In this document: positions 10,136-18,570 of the stretch, piece by piece
Layout of the letters: every line of letters begins with the position of its first letter
Position numbering within the stretch: the first letter of the stretch is position 1
From: Ilumatobacteraceae bacterium
GTDB lineage: Bacteria > Actinomycetota > Acidimicrobiia > Acidimicrobiales > Ilumatobacteraceae
Length of the DNA stretch: 64,000 bases
Direction of reading: 5' to 3'
Assembly: GCA_965279405.1 (NCBI GenBank)
Contig: OZ257157.1
Coordinates: 3,568,865-3,632,864, forward strand
Translations under genes and position numbers: made by a program
The notes under the pieces: model-generated
Database searches by the model: none
Told to the model about the DNA's origin: nothing
Seen by the model: only the letters and a program-made list of their open reading frames with translations

Positions 10136-11515
10136 ATGACAGCAGGGCGCATCCACATCTCACGCACCGACCTCGAGGGCCGCATCCGCAGCGGCGAGAT
10201 CGACACCGTCCTGATGGTCTTCCCCGACCTGCAGGGTCGGCTCACGGGCAAGCGCACCACCGGTCGCTTCTTCCTCGAGCAGGTGGCCGACGACGGCACG
10301 GAGAACTGCGACTACCTGATCGCCTGCGACATGGACAACAACCCGGTCCCCGGGTACCGCTGGGCCAGCTACGAGCAGGGCTACGGCGACATGCTCGCTC
10401 GCGCCGACTGGGACACGGTGCGCATCATCCCGTGGGTGCAGGGCACAGCGATGATCATGTGCGACCTGTTCGACGTGGACACCGGTGAGCTCGTCGAGGT
10501 CGCGCCGCGCACGATGCTTCGCCGTCAGGTCGAAGCCGCCGAGGCACTCGGGTTCCTGCCGATGGTGGCCAGCGAGATCGAGTTCTACCTGTTCCACGAC
10601 ACCTACGACGAGGCTCACGCCAAGGGCTACCGCGACCTGCGTCCGCACTCGCCGTGGCTCGAGGACTACCACATCCTGCAGACGACGAAGGACGAGGTCA
10701 TCCTCGGTCAGATCCGTCGTGGTCTCGAAGCGGCGGGCGTGCCGGTGGAGTTCTCGAAGGGCGAGGCGGGCCGCGGACAGCACGAGATCAACCTCGACTA
10801 CACGACCGCCGTCGAGATGGCCGACCGCAACAGCGTGTACAAGACGGCGGCCAAGGAGATCGCTCACCTCAACGGCAAGTCGGTGAGCTTCATGGCCAAG
10901 TACGACTTCAACGACACCGGTTCGTCGTGCCACATCCACTCCAGCCTGTGGAGCCTCGACGGTGCGAAGGCCCAGTTCGACGATCACCACGGCGAGCACG
11001 GGATGAGCAAGACCTTCCGCCACTACCTCGCCGGGCAGATCGCCACGGCGCGCGAGTTCAGCCTGCTGTGGGCGCCGACAGTCAACAGCTACAAGCGATT
11101 CCAGCTCGGTTCGTGGGCGCCGACCGGTGTCGGCTGGGGCATCGACAACCGCACGCTCGGCTTCCGCAAGGTCGGCCACGGCAAGGGAACGCGCGTCGAG
11201 TGCCGCATCCCCGGCAGCGACGCCAACAGCTACTTCGCCTTCGCCGGCACGATCGCCGGCGGGCTGCACGGCATCCGCAACGAGCTCGAGCTCGGAGCGC
11301 CGTTCTCGGGCAACGGCTACGAAGCGCCCGACATCGAGCGCATCCCGTGGAACCTGCCTGACGCGATCGCGTTGTGGGAGGGCTCAGCCGTCGCCAAGGA
11401 GTGCTTCGGCGACGATGTGCACCACCACATCCTGACGATGGCCAAGGCCGAGTGGCAGGCCTCCAACCAAGCCGTCACCGACTGGGAGCTCCGCCGCTAC
11501 TGGGAACGAATCTAG
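10136..11515 (+). CDS. Glutamine synthetase family protein (GlnA3/GlnA4-like, possibly a gamma-glutamyl-amine synthetase)
   Basis: GS catalytic-domain motifs: KGEAGRGQHEINL, SSCHIHSSLW, NSYKRF and ECRIPGSDANSYF. Confidence 0.85.
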   Translation: MTAGRIHISRTDLEGRIRSGEIDTVLMVFPDLQGRLTGKRTTGRFFLEQVADDGTENCDYLIACDMDNNPVPGYRWASYEQGYGDMLARADWDTVRIIPWVQGTAMIMCDLFDVDTGELVEVAPRTMLRRQVEAAEALGFLPMVASEIEFYLFHDTYDEAHAKGYRDLRPHSPWLEDYHILQTTKDEVILGQIRRGLEAAGVPVEFSKGEAGRGQHEINLDYTTAVEMADRNSVYKTAAKEIAHLNGKSVSFMAKYDFNDTGSSCHIHSSLWSLDGAKAQFDDHHGEHGMSKTFRHYLAGQIATAREFSLLWAPTVNSYKRFQLGSWAPTGVGWGIDNRTLGFRKVGHGKGTRVECRIPGSDANSYFAFAGTIAGGLHGIRNELELGAPFSGNGYEAPDIERIPWNLPDAIALWEGSAVAKECFGDDVHHHILTMAKAEWQASNQAVTDWELRRYWERI

Positions 11516-12222
11516 AGACGGATCTCCAGCAGGACGGGGAGGTGGTCGCTGAGGGCGTGCCATTGATCGCCGCCATCGGGGGTGGCGCGGTCGAGCACCT
11601 CGGCGTTGGGTGGGACGAGCACGTAGTCCAGACGTTGGTTCGGAGCGATCGACGGGTTGGTGAACACGCCACCCGGATCGCTGAGGCCGGTGAACTCCCG
11701 GATCACCTCGATGGCGTCGTCCTTCACGTTGAGGTCACCGGCCAGCACGACCGGTGACCCGGTGTCGCCTTCGATGCGCAGCGCGATGCGCGCCGCCTGG
11801 GCGATGCGTTCGTCGGCGTCGTGCGAGGCGAGGTGGGTGTCGTAGAGCCGCAGCGAGTCGTCGCCACGTCGCGCCGTCGCGGCGACCATGACGCGGTGGC
11901 GGTAGGTCCAGGTGCTGACGCCGGGGCTGATCGTCGCCTTCACGATCGAGCTCAGCGGGTGCGGCGACAGGATCGCCAACCCCTCCGCCCTCCACCACAG
12001 CAACGGGGTGTACGGGTAGTGCTTGCGCGCCCAGCAGACCTGGAACTGCAACCGCTTGGCCAACGCTCGCGCCTGGTTGCGCCGCACCTCCTGCAGGGCG
12101 ACGACGTCGGCGTCGTAGCCGTGAATGACCTCGGCCACGACCGTCAGGTTCGGGTCCTTGGCGCCGAGGACGTTCCACGTGAGGATGCGCCACGTTGCGC
12201 CAACGCGCGGGCTGCTCGTCAT
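11512..12222 (-). CDS. Endonuclease/exonuclease/phosphatase (EEP) family protein
   Basis: WRILTWNVLG, VVALQEV, GDLNV, and C-terminal LSDHLPVLLEI with the catalytic His. Confidence 0.8.
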   Translation of the reverse strand: MTSSPRVGATWRILTWNVLGAKDPNLTVVAEVIHGYDADVVALQEVRRNQARALAKRLQFQVCWARKHYPYTPLLWWRAEGLAILSPHPLSSIVKATISPGVSTWTYRHRVMVAATARRGDDSLRLYDTHLASHDADERIAQAARIALRIEGDTGSPVVLAGDLNVKDDAIEVIREFTGLSDPGGVFTNPSIAPNQRLDYVLVPPNAEVLDRATPDGGDQWHALSDHLPVLLEIRL

Positions 12223-12259
12223 CGGGTCGCAGTCTTACCGGTGCGGTACTCTGCGCGCC

Positions 12260-13045
12260 ATGACTCGACTGGCGGGCAAGGTTGCCCTCATCACAGGTGC
12301 TTCATCCGGGCTCGGGCGCGTCGGCGCCGAGCGGTTCGCAGCCGAGGGGGCGAAGGTCGTCATCGCCGACATCGTCGACGGTGACGAGGCGGTCGAGGCC
12401 ATCGCCGCCGCAGGCGGGGAGGCGAGCTACGTCTCCTGCGACGTGACCGATGAGGAGAGCGTGAAGGCTGCCGTCGAGCACGCGGTGGAGACGTTCGGCG
12501 GGCTGCACGTGCTCTACAACAACGCCGGTGTGATGCTCGGCGACGACGACAACCCGGTCACCACCAGCGTTGCCACGTATCAGAAGACGATGGACATCAA
12601 CGTGCTCGGCACGCTGCTCGGCTGCAAGTACGCCATCCCGGCGATGCAGGAGAGCGCCAAGGAGTCCGGTGTCGCCGGCAGCATCGTCAACGTCGCTTCG
12701 TTCGTCGCCCACATGGGAGCAGCGACGCCACAGGTGGCCTACACCGCGTCGAAGGGTGCCGTGCTGGCGATGACCCGCGAGATCGCCGTGATCTACGCCC
12801 GCCAGGGCGTGCGTTGCAACGCGCTGTGCCCGGGCCCGATCATGACGCCGCTGCTGGCCAAGTTCCTCAGCGACGACGCCAAGAAGCAGCGCCGGTTGGT
12901 GCACATCCCGATGGGTCGCTTCGGTGAGCCGATCGAGATCGCCAACGGTGCGCTGTTCCTGGCCAGCGACGAGTCGAGCTGGATGACGGGGCAGTCGTTG
13001 ATCATCGACGGCGGCATCACCGCGGCCTACGTCACGCCGGAGTGA
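12260..13045 (+). CDS. SDR family oxidoreductase
   Basis: ORF 12125..13045, starting at ATG 12260. KVALITGASSGLG, NNAG, and the YTASKGAV catalytic YxxxK. Confidence 0.9.
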   Translation: MTRLAGKVALITGASSGLGRVGAERFAAEGAKVVIADIVDGDEAVEAIAAAGGEASYVSCDVTDEESVKAAVEHAVETFGGLHVLYNNAGVMLGDDDNPVTTSVATYQKTMDINVLGTLLGCKYAIPAMQESAKESGVAGSIVNVASFVAHMGAATPQVAYTASKGAVLAMTREIAVIYARQGVRCNALCPGPIMTPLLAKFLSDDAKKQRRLVHIPMGRFGEPIEIANGALFLASDESSWMTGQSLIIDGGITAAYVTPE

Positions 13046-13052
13046 TCATCAG

Positions 13053-14378
13053 GTGATCCACGGACCGGACGCGCCGCTCGGCGATCTTGCCGCCAGCGTG
13101 AGCGCGTTCATCGCCGACCGGGTTCGCCAGTCGCCGCTCGGATCGACCGCGACGGCAGCGACGATGGACGGGTTGCTCGCCGGCACCATCACCGACGCCG
13201 GACTCGGCACGGACGCTGCGTGGCAGCGCTTCACCGATGCGATCGTGCCGAACACGGTGGGGCTGGACAGCGAACGGTTCCTGGCGTTCATCCCGGTGTC
13301 GCCGAGTGCGGCCGGTGTGTGGATGGATGCCGCCGTCAGCGCGGCGAACTTCAGCGCCGAGTCGTGGTTGGAGGCCGCCGGCGCGGTGGCCGCCGAGAAC
13401 CAGGCGCTGCAGGTGCTGATGGACGCGGCCGGGATGCCCAACGGTTCAGGCGGGTGCTTCATGAGCGGGGGATCGATCGGCAACCTCTCGGCGCTCGCTG
13501 TTGCGCGCGATCAGGCCGGCGGCCGGCGCGCCGTCGTGGTCGCCGACAGCGCGCACGCCTCAGTCCACAACGCGTTGCACCTGCTGGGCCTCGACGCGGT
13601 GGTGGCCACGACTGACGCGGTCGGCCGATTGACGGGCGACGCCGTGCGAGCCGCTGTCTCAGGACGTACGGACGTCGGCATCGTCGTTGCTGCTGCGGGG
13701 TCGACGAACGGCGGTGTCGTCGACGAACTGACGACAGTTGCCGATGCCGCGGATGAGCTCGACGCGTGGTTGCACGTCGATGGCGCGTACGGCGGTGCCG
13801 CGCTGTTGCTCCCCGAGCTGCAGGCGCTGTTCGCCGGCATCGATCGCGTCGACTCGCTGATCATCGATCCACACAAGTGGCTGTTCTCGCCGGCCGGTTC
13901 GTGCGCGCTGCTGTACCGCTCGCCGGAGCTGGCTGCAGCCGTGCACACCCAGCACGGCCCGTACCTCGACATCCTCCATGGCGACGAGGAACCGGGTTGG
14001 AACCCGAGCGACTACGGCTTCCAGCTCACTCGCCGCGCCAGCGGTCTGCCGCTGTGGTTCGCGCTCGCCGCGCATGGCGTGGACGCGCACCGCGAGGCGA
14101 TCCGCGTCGGCATCTCGCTCGCCCGCACGTGTGCAGATCGGTTCGCCGCGGAGCCGAACGTGGAGCTGGTGCTGCGGCCTCAGCTCGGCGTCGTCGTCTT
14201 CCGCCGCGAGGGTTGGGGTCGCGCGGAGTGGCGGGCGTGGGCCGCTCGATTGCTCGATGACCGCATCGCCTTCGTCGCGCCGACCACGTGGAGCGGCGAA
14301 CCCGTCGGCCGCCTCGTCTTCATGCACCCGCGCACCCCGCCCAGCATCATCGACGACCTCGCTGCCTCGCTCCGCTGA
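13053..14378 (+). CDS. Pyridoxal-dependent (group II) decarboxylase, second paralog
   Basis: SGGSIGNLSALAVAR, LHVDGAYGGAA, and SLIIDPHKWLFSPAGSCALLYR with the PLP Lys. GTG start at 13053. Confidence 0.82.
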   Translation: MIHGPDAPLGDLAASVSAFIADRVRQSPLGSTATAATMDGLLAGTITDAGLGTDAAWQRFTDAIVPNTVGLDSERFLAFIPVSPSAAGVWMDAAVSAANFSAESWLEAAGAVAAENQALQVLMDAAGMPNGSGGCFMSGGSIGNLSALAVARDQAGGRRAVVVADSAHASVHNALHLLGLDAVVATTDAVGRLTGDAVRAAVSGRTDVGIVVAAAGSTNGGVVDELTTVADAADELDAWLHVDGAYGGAALLLPELQALFAGIDRVDSLIIDPHKWLFSPAGSCALLYRSPELAAAVHTQHGPYLDILHGDEEPGWNPSDYGFQLTRRASGLPLWFALAAHGVDAHREAIRVGISLARTCADRFAAEPNVELVLRPQLGVVVFRREGWGRAEWRAWAARLLDDRIAFVAPTTWSGEPVGRLVFMHPRTPPSIIDDLAASLR

Positions 14379-14379
14379 A

Positions 14380-14426
14380 AACTGGATGTCTGACAGCTCG
14401 AATGTCGAGCTGTCAGACATCCAGTT
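14380..14426. terminator. 22-bp perfect palindrome between convergent genes, overlapping the last 4 codons of the minus-strand gene
   Basis: AACTGGATGTCTGACAGCTCGA (14380-14401), loop ATG, then TCGAGCTGTCAGACATCCAGTT (14405-14426). There is no T-tract. Confidence 0.6.
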
Positions 14427-15384
14427 CGCGTGCGGCTGCGAAGGCGGTCCAGATCTCGGGGCGCAGGCGGCCCTTCGGCGGCACGTCGAACCCCGCCGCG
14501 CGGGCCCAGGCGCGGACCTCGGCCGTCGTCGGCTCGGCCGGGGCCAGCGGGCCCGCGGCAGGGAGGCGCTCCTCGAACACAGCGGCAGCGTCGTGCTCGG
14601 CGTGGTGGGCGATCGCTGCGCCGAGGAAGCGGTACGCCCACTCCTGGGCCAAGGGGCGCGTCTCGCAGAACACGATCGGCACGGTGGGGAAGCGGACCTG
14701 CATCTCGGCCAGGCCGTCGGCGACGACGGCCGGGCGGACGAAGCTGAGCTTGAACACCGACGACCAGCGATCCTCCACCACGAGTGCGGCTCGCGGGACA
14801 GAGGCGAGCTCGGCCATCAACGAGCGCAGCTTGCCGGTGGTCAGCGTGCTCGTCAGGTCGGCCAGGCTCTTGCGTTCGACGGTGGCGATGACGAGTCCGT
14901 CGAGGGTGACGGCGTAGTCGCCTGCGGGAAGCGCCTGCGGGCGCGTCGTGGCCTGTTGCTTGCTGAACGTCCACGGGTAGCGCTCGTGCGTGTCGACGAC
15001 GATCTCCAGCACCTGACCCGCAGCGCGGGCCGTCGGCAGCGAGACGTTCGGACGAGCCTGCTTGGCCGTGCGGGCGCTCTGCCAGAAGATCACTTCGCGG
15101 CCGCGGGCCTTGGCGAAGACGAACTGCGAGCGGTTCTCCCGGCCACGATCGAGCACCAGGTCGATCACTGCGCCGCGACGGATGCAGGATCGGACGGGCA
15201 CGCGCTCGACGATCTCCAGATCATCCGGCCACTCGTCGGCGCGATGGCAGTAGACCTTGGCCGTTCGCGGCCACGTGTCGCGCACCTTCAAGGCGATGCC
15301 GCCGGCGCCCATCGGGAGCCGCAGCAGGTACGGCAAGGTCGACGCAGGATCCGGGTTGCGGGCGATCACCAGTTCCAGCGCCAT
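14413..15384 (-). CDS. ERCC4/XPF-type nuclease domain protein with a C-terminal Lsr2-like DNA-binding domain
   Basis: This is the C-terminal 323 aa of ORF 14413..15981, starting at ATG 15384. ERCC4 signature: VVDTHERYPW, GDYAV, VERKSLADL and LVVEDRW. The tail TTAEVRAWARAAGFDVPPKGRLRPEIWTAFAAA resembles the Lsr2 C-terminal domain. Confidence 0.72.
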   Translation of the reverse strand: MALELVIARNPDPASTLPYLLRLPMGAGGIALKVRDTWPRTAKVYCHRADEWPDDLEIVERVPVRSCIRRGAVIDLVLDRGRENRSQFVFAKARGREVIFWQSARTAKQARPNVSLPTARAAGQVLEIVVDTHERYPWTFSKQQATTRPQALPAGDYAVTLDGLVIATVERKSLADLTSTLTTGKLRSLMAELASVPRAALVVEDRWSSVFKLSFVRPAVVADGLAEMQVRFPTVPIVFCETRPLAQEWAYRFLGAAIAHHAEHDAAAVFEERLPAAGPLAPAEPTTAEVRAWARAAGFDVPPKGRLRPEIWTAFAAARELDV

Positions 15385-16430
15385 CAGCGCGACGCTCGCA
15401 GCTCGGGGAGCACCCAGCGAGCGACGCGCTCGGCTTCGTCGTCGAGCGGGTAGCCGGAAAGGATGAACGCGTCGACGCCGGCCGCTGCGTACGCACGGAG
15501 CGTGGCGACGACCTGATCGGGATCGCCGACGATCGCTGCGCCGACGCCACTGCGCGCCACGCCGATGCCGGTCCACAGGTGCGGCTCGACGAAGCCGTCG
15601 TCGCCGGCCGCCTGACGCAGCGCGTCCTGGCGTTGGACACCGACCGAAGCGTGGTCGTGTGCCGCCTGCTTCATCCGCCGCCCGATCTCTGGGTCGAGAT
15701 TGCTGACGAGGTCGGCGGCCGCCTGCCGCGCCTCGGATTCGGTCTCGCGGACGATCACGTGGGTGCGCAGGCCGAAGCGCAGGGTGCGTCCGAAGGTCGT
15801 CGCTCGTGCGCGCATGTCGGCGACGAGCTCGCCGATCGAGGCGACGGTCTCCACCCACATCAGGTAGACGTCGGCGTGCTCGGCTGCGCACGCGCGCGCT
15901 TCGTCGGAGGTGCCGCCGAAGTACATCGGCGGGGGAGTGCGCGTTCGAGTCGGCGCGGTCGGCAGGTCGTAGTGCCACCACTCACCGTTGTGACGAACGT
16001 GATCATCGGTCCAGAACGATCGCAGGAGCCGCATCGCCTCCGCAGTTCGCCGGTAGCGCGATGGGCCGTCGAGCGATTCGCCGGCCAGCTCGCTGGAGAT
16101 GATGTTGATCGTCAGGCGCCCATCCATCGCCTGCTGCAACGATTTCGCCGCGCGGGCGAACATCGGCGGATCGAACTCGCCGACTCGCACCGCGGGGAGC
16201 AGACGCGAGTGAGCGAGCGTCGGTCCGAGCGCCGCGGCGAGCGTCCACGGGTCCATCCCCGGCACGAAGCTCGACGGGATGAGGACGTTGTCGAAGCCGA
16301 GCCGGTCCGCCGTGCCGATGATGTGCGAGTTGTAGGCGAACGTCGCCAGGCGCTGTGGGTCGATCGTCCCGAGGCGCGTCGAGTCACCGCCGCACGATGG
16401 AGCGAACCAGGCGACCTCGAACCTGCTCAC
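15384..16430 (-). CDS. LLM-class (luciferase-like) flavin-dependent oxidoreductase
   Basis: ORF 15384..16628, with the start at GTG 16430 giving VSRFEVAWFAP. It reads GFDNVLIPSS...GRLTINIISS...MYFGGTSDEA...AGVDAFILSGYP. Its stop overlaps the downstream ATG at 15384. Confidence 0.8.
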   Translation of the reverse strand: MSRFEVAWFAPSCGGDSTRLGTIDPQRLATFAYNSHIIGTADRLGFDNVLIPSSFVPGMDPWTLAAALGPTLAHSRLLPAVRVGEFDPPMFARAAKSLQQAMDGRLTINIISSELAGESLDGPSRYRRTAEAMRLLRSFWTDDHVRHNGEWWHYDLPTAPTRTRTPPPMYFGGTSDEARACAAEHADVYLMWVETVASIGELVADMRARATTFGRTLRFGLRTHVIVRETESEARQAAADLVSNLDPEIGRRMKQAAHDHASVGVQRQDALRQAAGDDGFVEPHLWTGIGVARSGVGAAIVGDPDQVVATLRAYAAAGVDAFILSGYPLDDEAERVARWVLPELRASR

Positions 16431-17053
16431 AGCACGATGCGGCCGCTCGGACCGTCGATCGTGGCCGAGAGCCGCGGCGCATCGCCGTCGACGACGACCA
16501 CGCCCGAGGCGGCATCGAGCGCGTCGAGGACGATCTGCACCCGTGTCGGGTCCGGATGCTCGATGCGCAGCTCGACCAGTTGCAGTTCGTGACCCAGCGA
16601 CGCGGTCGGGTGCTCGGAGGATCCCCAATCGATGAGGAACGGGATCACGGCGACGTGCTCACCGACCGACGGACGGAAGGTCAGCTCCCACTCGAGCAGC
16701 ACCCCGTCCGGTCGACGCCGCGACATCGACTGGATGGCGCCAGCGTCGTAACCGACGGCGTTCGCTGCGGCGACGACATCGGCGAGGGGACGTCGCGGAC
16801 GAGCGCACCAACCGACCAACGTCGGCACCGTGATCCGATCGACGCCGAACGGCCGGACACCGTCGTGGTCGGCTTGCTCCACGTCCGGACCGATCAGCTC
16901 GAGGTAGGTGTCGCCGCCGAGGCCGAGCAGCTCGTTGCGCGTGCCGTGGCCGACGTGCGGTCCTCCTGGCGTCGGCGTCACGCCCCAGTGCTCGACGGCG
17001 GTGGCACGCGCCGCGGCGAGGTCCGGCACCGCAACGACGAGGTGGTCGATCAC
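16427..17053 (-). CDS. VOC (glyoxalase/bleomycin-resistance-like) family protein
   Basis: ORF 16427..17341, with the start placed at GTG 17053 giving VIDHLVVAVPDLAAARATAVEHWGV. The upstream ATG at 17122 would overlap the divergent GNAT start. The stop overlaps the LLM GTG as GTGA. Confidence 0.65.
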   Translation of the reverse strand: MIDHLVVAVPDLAAARATAVEHWGVTPTPGGPHVGHGTRNELLGLGGDTYLELIGPDVEQADHDGVRPFGVDRITVPTLVGWCARPRRPLADVVAAANAVGYDAGAIQSMSRRRPDGVLLEWELTFRPSVGEHVAVIPFLIDWGSSEHPTASLGHELQLVELRIEHPDPTRVQIVLDALDAASGVVVVDGDAPRLSATIDGPSGRIVL

Positions 17054-17120
17054 GGCTCCGACAGTAGCCAGCGACAAATGGGTTCGGCCGCTGGCGGCGG
17101 GCCTGCGAGGGTGCCACTTC

Positions 17121-17636
17121 ATGAGCACGATTCCGTCCGCAGGTGGCAGTTCGATCGGTCTGCGCCCCATCCGCGCCGACGACCTGGCCCGCATCGCCGA
17201 CTTCAAGTACACCGCGTCGATCGTCGAGCCGCTCGACGATCTCGTGCTGCTCACGGCCGCACACGCCCTGAACGGCTTCTGGCAGCAGGATGCAGGAGCG
17301 CTGGCCATCGAGGACCAGGCGACTGGTCGTCTCCTCGGCACGACGCAGTTCTACCGATCCGGCGCGTGCATCCACGGCTACGAGATCGGTTATGTCATCC
17401 ATGAGGAGGCCGACTGGGGTCATGGCCATGGTGCGGCAGCGCTGCAGCTGATGACAGCGCTCCTGCTGGCCGAGCGACCCAAGTGCCACCGGCTCCAACT
17501 GATCATCGAGACGTGGAACGAGCGGTCGTGGCGCCTCGCCGAGCGCGCTGGCTTCGAACGCGAGGGTGTGCTGCGCAAGGCGGGCTACAGCTCGGAGATC
17601 CCCGAGGACTGCTACCTGTACTCGCTCACCCGCTGA
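17121..17636 (+). CDS. GNAT family N-acetyltransferase
   Basis: ORF 16908..17636, starting at ATG 17121. IGYVIHEEADWGHGHGAAALQLM...WNERSWRLAERAGFEREGVLRKA. Confidence 0.8.
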   Translation: MSTIPSAGGSSIGLRPIRADDLARIADFKYTASIVEPLDDLVLLTAAHALNGFWQQDAGALAIEDQATGRLLGTTQFYRSGACIHGYEIGYVIHEEADWGHGHGAAALQLMTALLLAERPKCHRLQLIIETWNERSWRLAERAGFEREGVLRKAGYSSEIPEDCYLYSLTR

Positions 17637-17677
17637 GCTCGACCCGTTCCCGGGTGCTGGTCTGCTTGTGGTTTCGT

Positions 17678-17697
17678 GACCGGCAAGACTGCCGGTC
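17678..17697 (+). terminator. Small hairpin after the GNAT gene, abutting the next start codon
   Basis: GACCGGCA-AGAC-TGCCGGTC. The stem is 8 bp and ends 1 nt before ATG 17698. Weak call. Confidence 0.3.
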
Positions 17698-18570
17698 ATG
17701 AGTTCTGTTGCGTTCATCGGGCTCGGTGTGATGGGGACTCCGATGGCTCGCCATCTCGCCGCCGCCGGCCACCAGGTCACCGTGTACAACCGCACCCCGG
17801 AGAAGGCCCTCGCGTGGGTGGCCCTCTACGGCAACCGTGCCGCGCCGACGCCGCGCGAGGCGGCCGAAGGCGCCGAGTTCGTCTTCTTGTGCGTCGGCAA
17901 CGACAACGACGTGCGCGAGGTCGTCTACGGGCCCGACGGTGCCCTCGCCGGAGCCGGCGCCGGCGCCGTCCTCGTCGATCACACCACCGCGTCAGCTCGG
18001 GTGGCGATCGAGCTGGCCGAGGCGAGCGCCGAGTTCGGCGTCGGGTTCGTCGACGCCCCGGTGTCAGGCGGGCAGGCCGGCGCCGAGAACGGCGCGCTGA
18101 CGATCATGTGCGGCAGCGACGACGAAGCGTTCTACGACCTCGCTCAGCCGGTCATGGCCGCCTACGCCCGGGCGACCGCGTACATGGGCGCGGCCGGCAA
18201 CGGGCAGCTGACGAAGATGGTCAACCAGATCTGCATCGCCGGGATCGTCCAAGGACTGTCCGAGGGGATCAACTTCGCCCAACGCGCCGGCCTCGACCCG
18301 GACGCGGTGGTCGACGTCATCCGCTACGGCGCAGCACAGAGCTGGCAGATGGAGAACCGCGGGCACACGATGGCACGCAACGAGTTCGACTTCGGCTTCG
18401 CCGTTGAGTGGATGCGCAAGGACCTCGGCATCGTGCTCGAAGAAGCCAACCGCAACGGCGCCCGCCTCCCCGTGACCGCACTCGTCGATCAGTTCTACGC
18501 GCAGGTCATCGCCCGCGGCGGCAAGCGCTGGGACACCAGCAGCCTGATCAACCTGCTCGCCAACGACTAG
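17698..18570 (+). CDS. NAD(P)-dependent oxidoreductase, 3-hydroxyisobutyrate dehydrogenase family
   Basis: The N-terminus has the Rossmann motif VAFIGLGVMGTPMARHL. Also DAPVSGG and GNGQLTKMVNQ. Confidence 0.88.
   Translation: MSSVAFIGLGVMGTPMARHLAAAGHQVTVYNRTPEKALAWVALYGNRAAPTPREAAEGAEFVFLCVGNDNDVREVVYGPDGALAGAGAGAVLVDHTTASARVAIELAEASAEFGVGFVDAPVSGGQAGAENGALTIMCGSDDEAFYDLAQPVMAAYARATAYMGAAGNGQLTKMVNQICIAGIVQGLSEGINFAQRAGLDPDAVVDVIRYGAAQSWQMENRGHTMARNEFDFGFAVEWMRKDLGIVLEEANRNGARLPVTALVDQFYAQVIARGGKRWDTSSLINLLAND

Noticed and set aside
14380-14426. The 47-nt palindrome as a third member of the E1/E3 49-nt element family.
   Set aside because: It shares only a CTGGATG heptamer, located at a different position in the arm. 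The termini, length and centre all differ.
14413-15981. Long N-terminal extensions offered by the ORF track. Examples: 14413..15981, 18567..20489, 21791..23680, 25158..28826, 27263..30058, 30349..31383, 35298..36317, 37885..39252, 39959..42526, 41902..43563, 46228..47940.
   Set aside because: The extensions are Arg-rich, low-complexity and overlap the upstream gene. Each real protein has an internal ATG, GTG or TTG that either overlaps the upstream stop codon (ATGA, GTGA or TGATG coupling) or is preceded by an SD, and that begins the recognisable family N-terminus.
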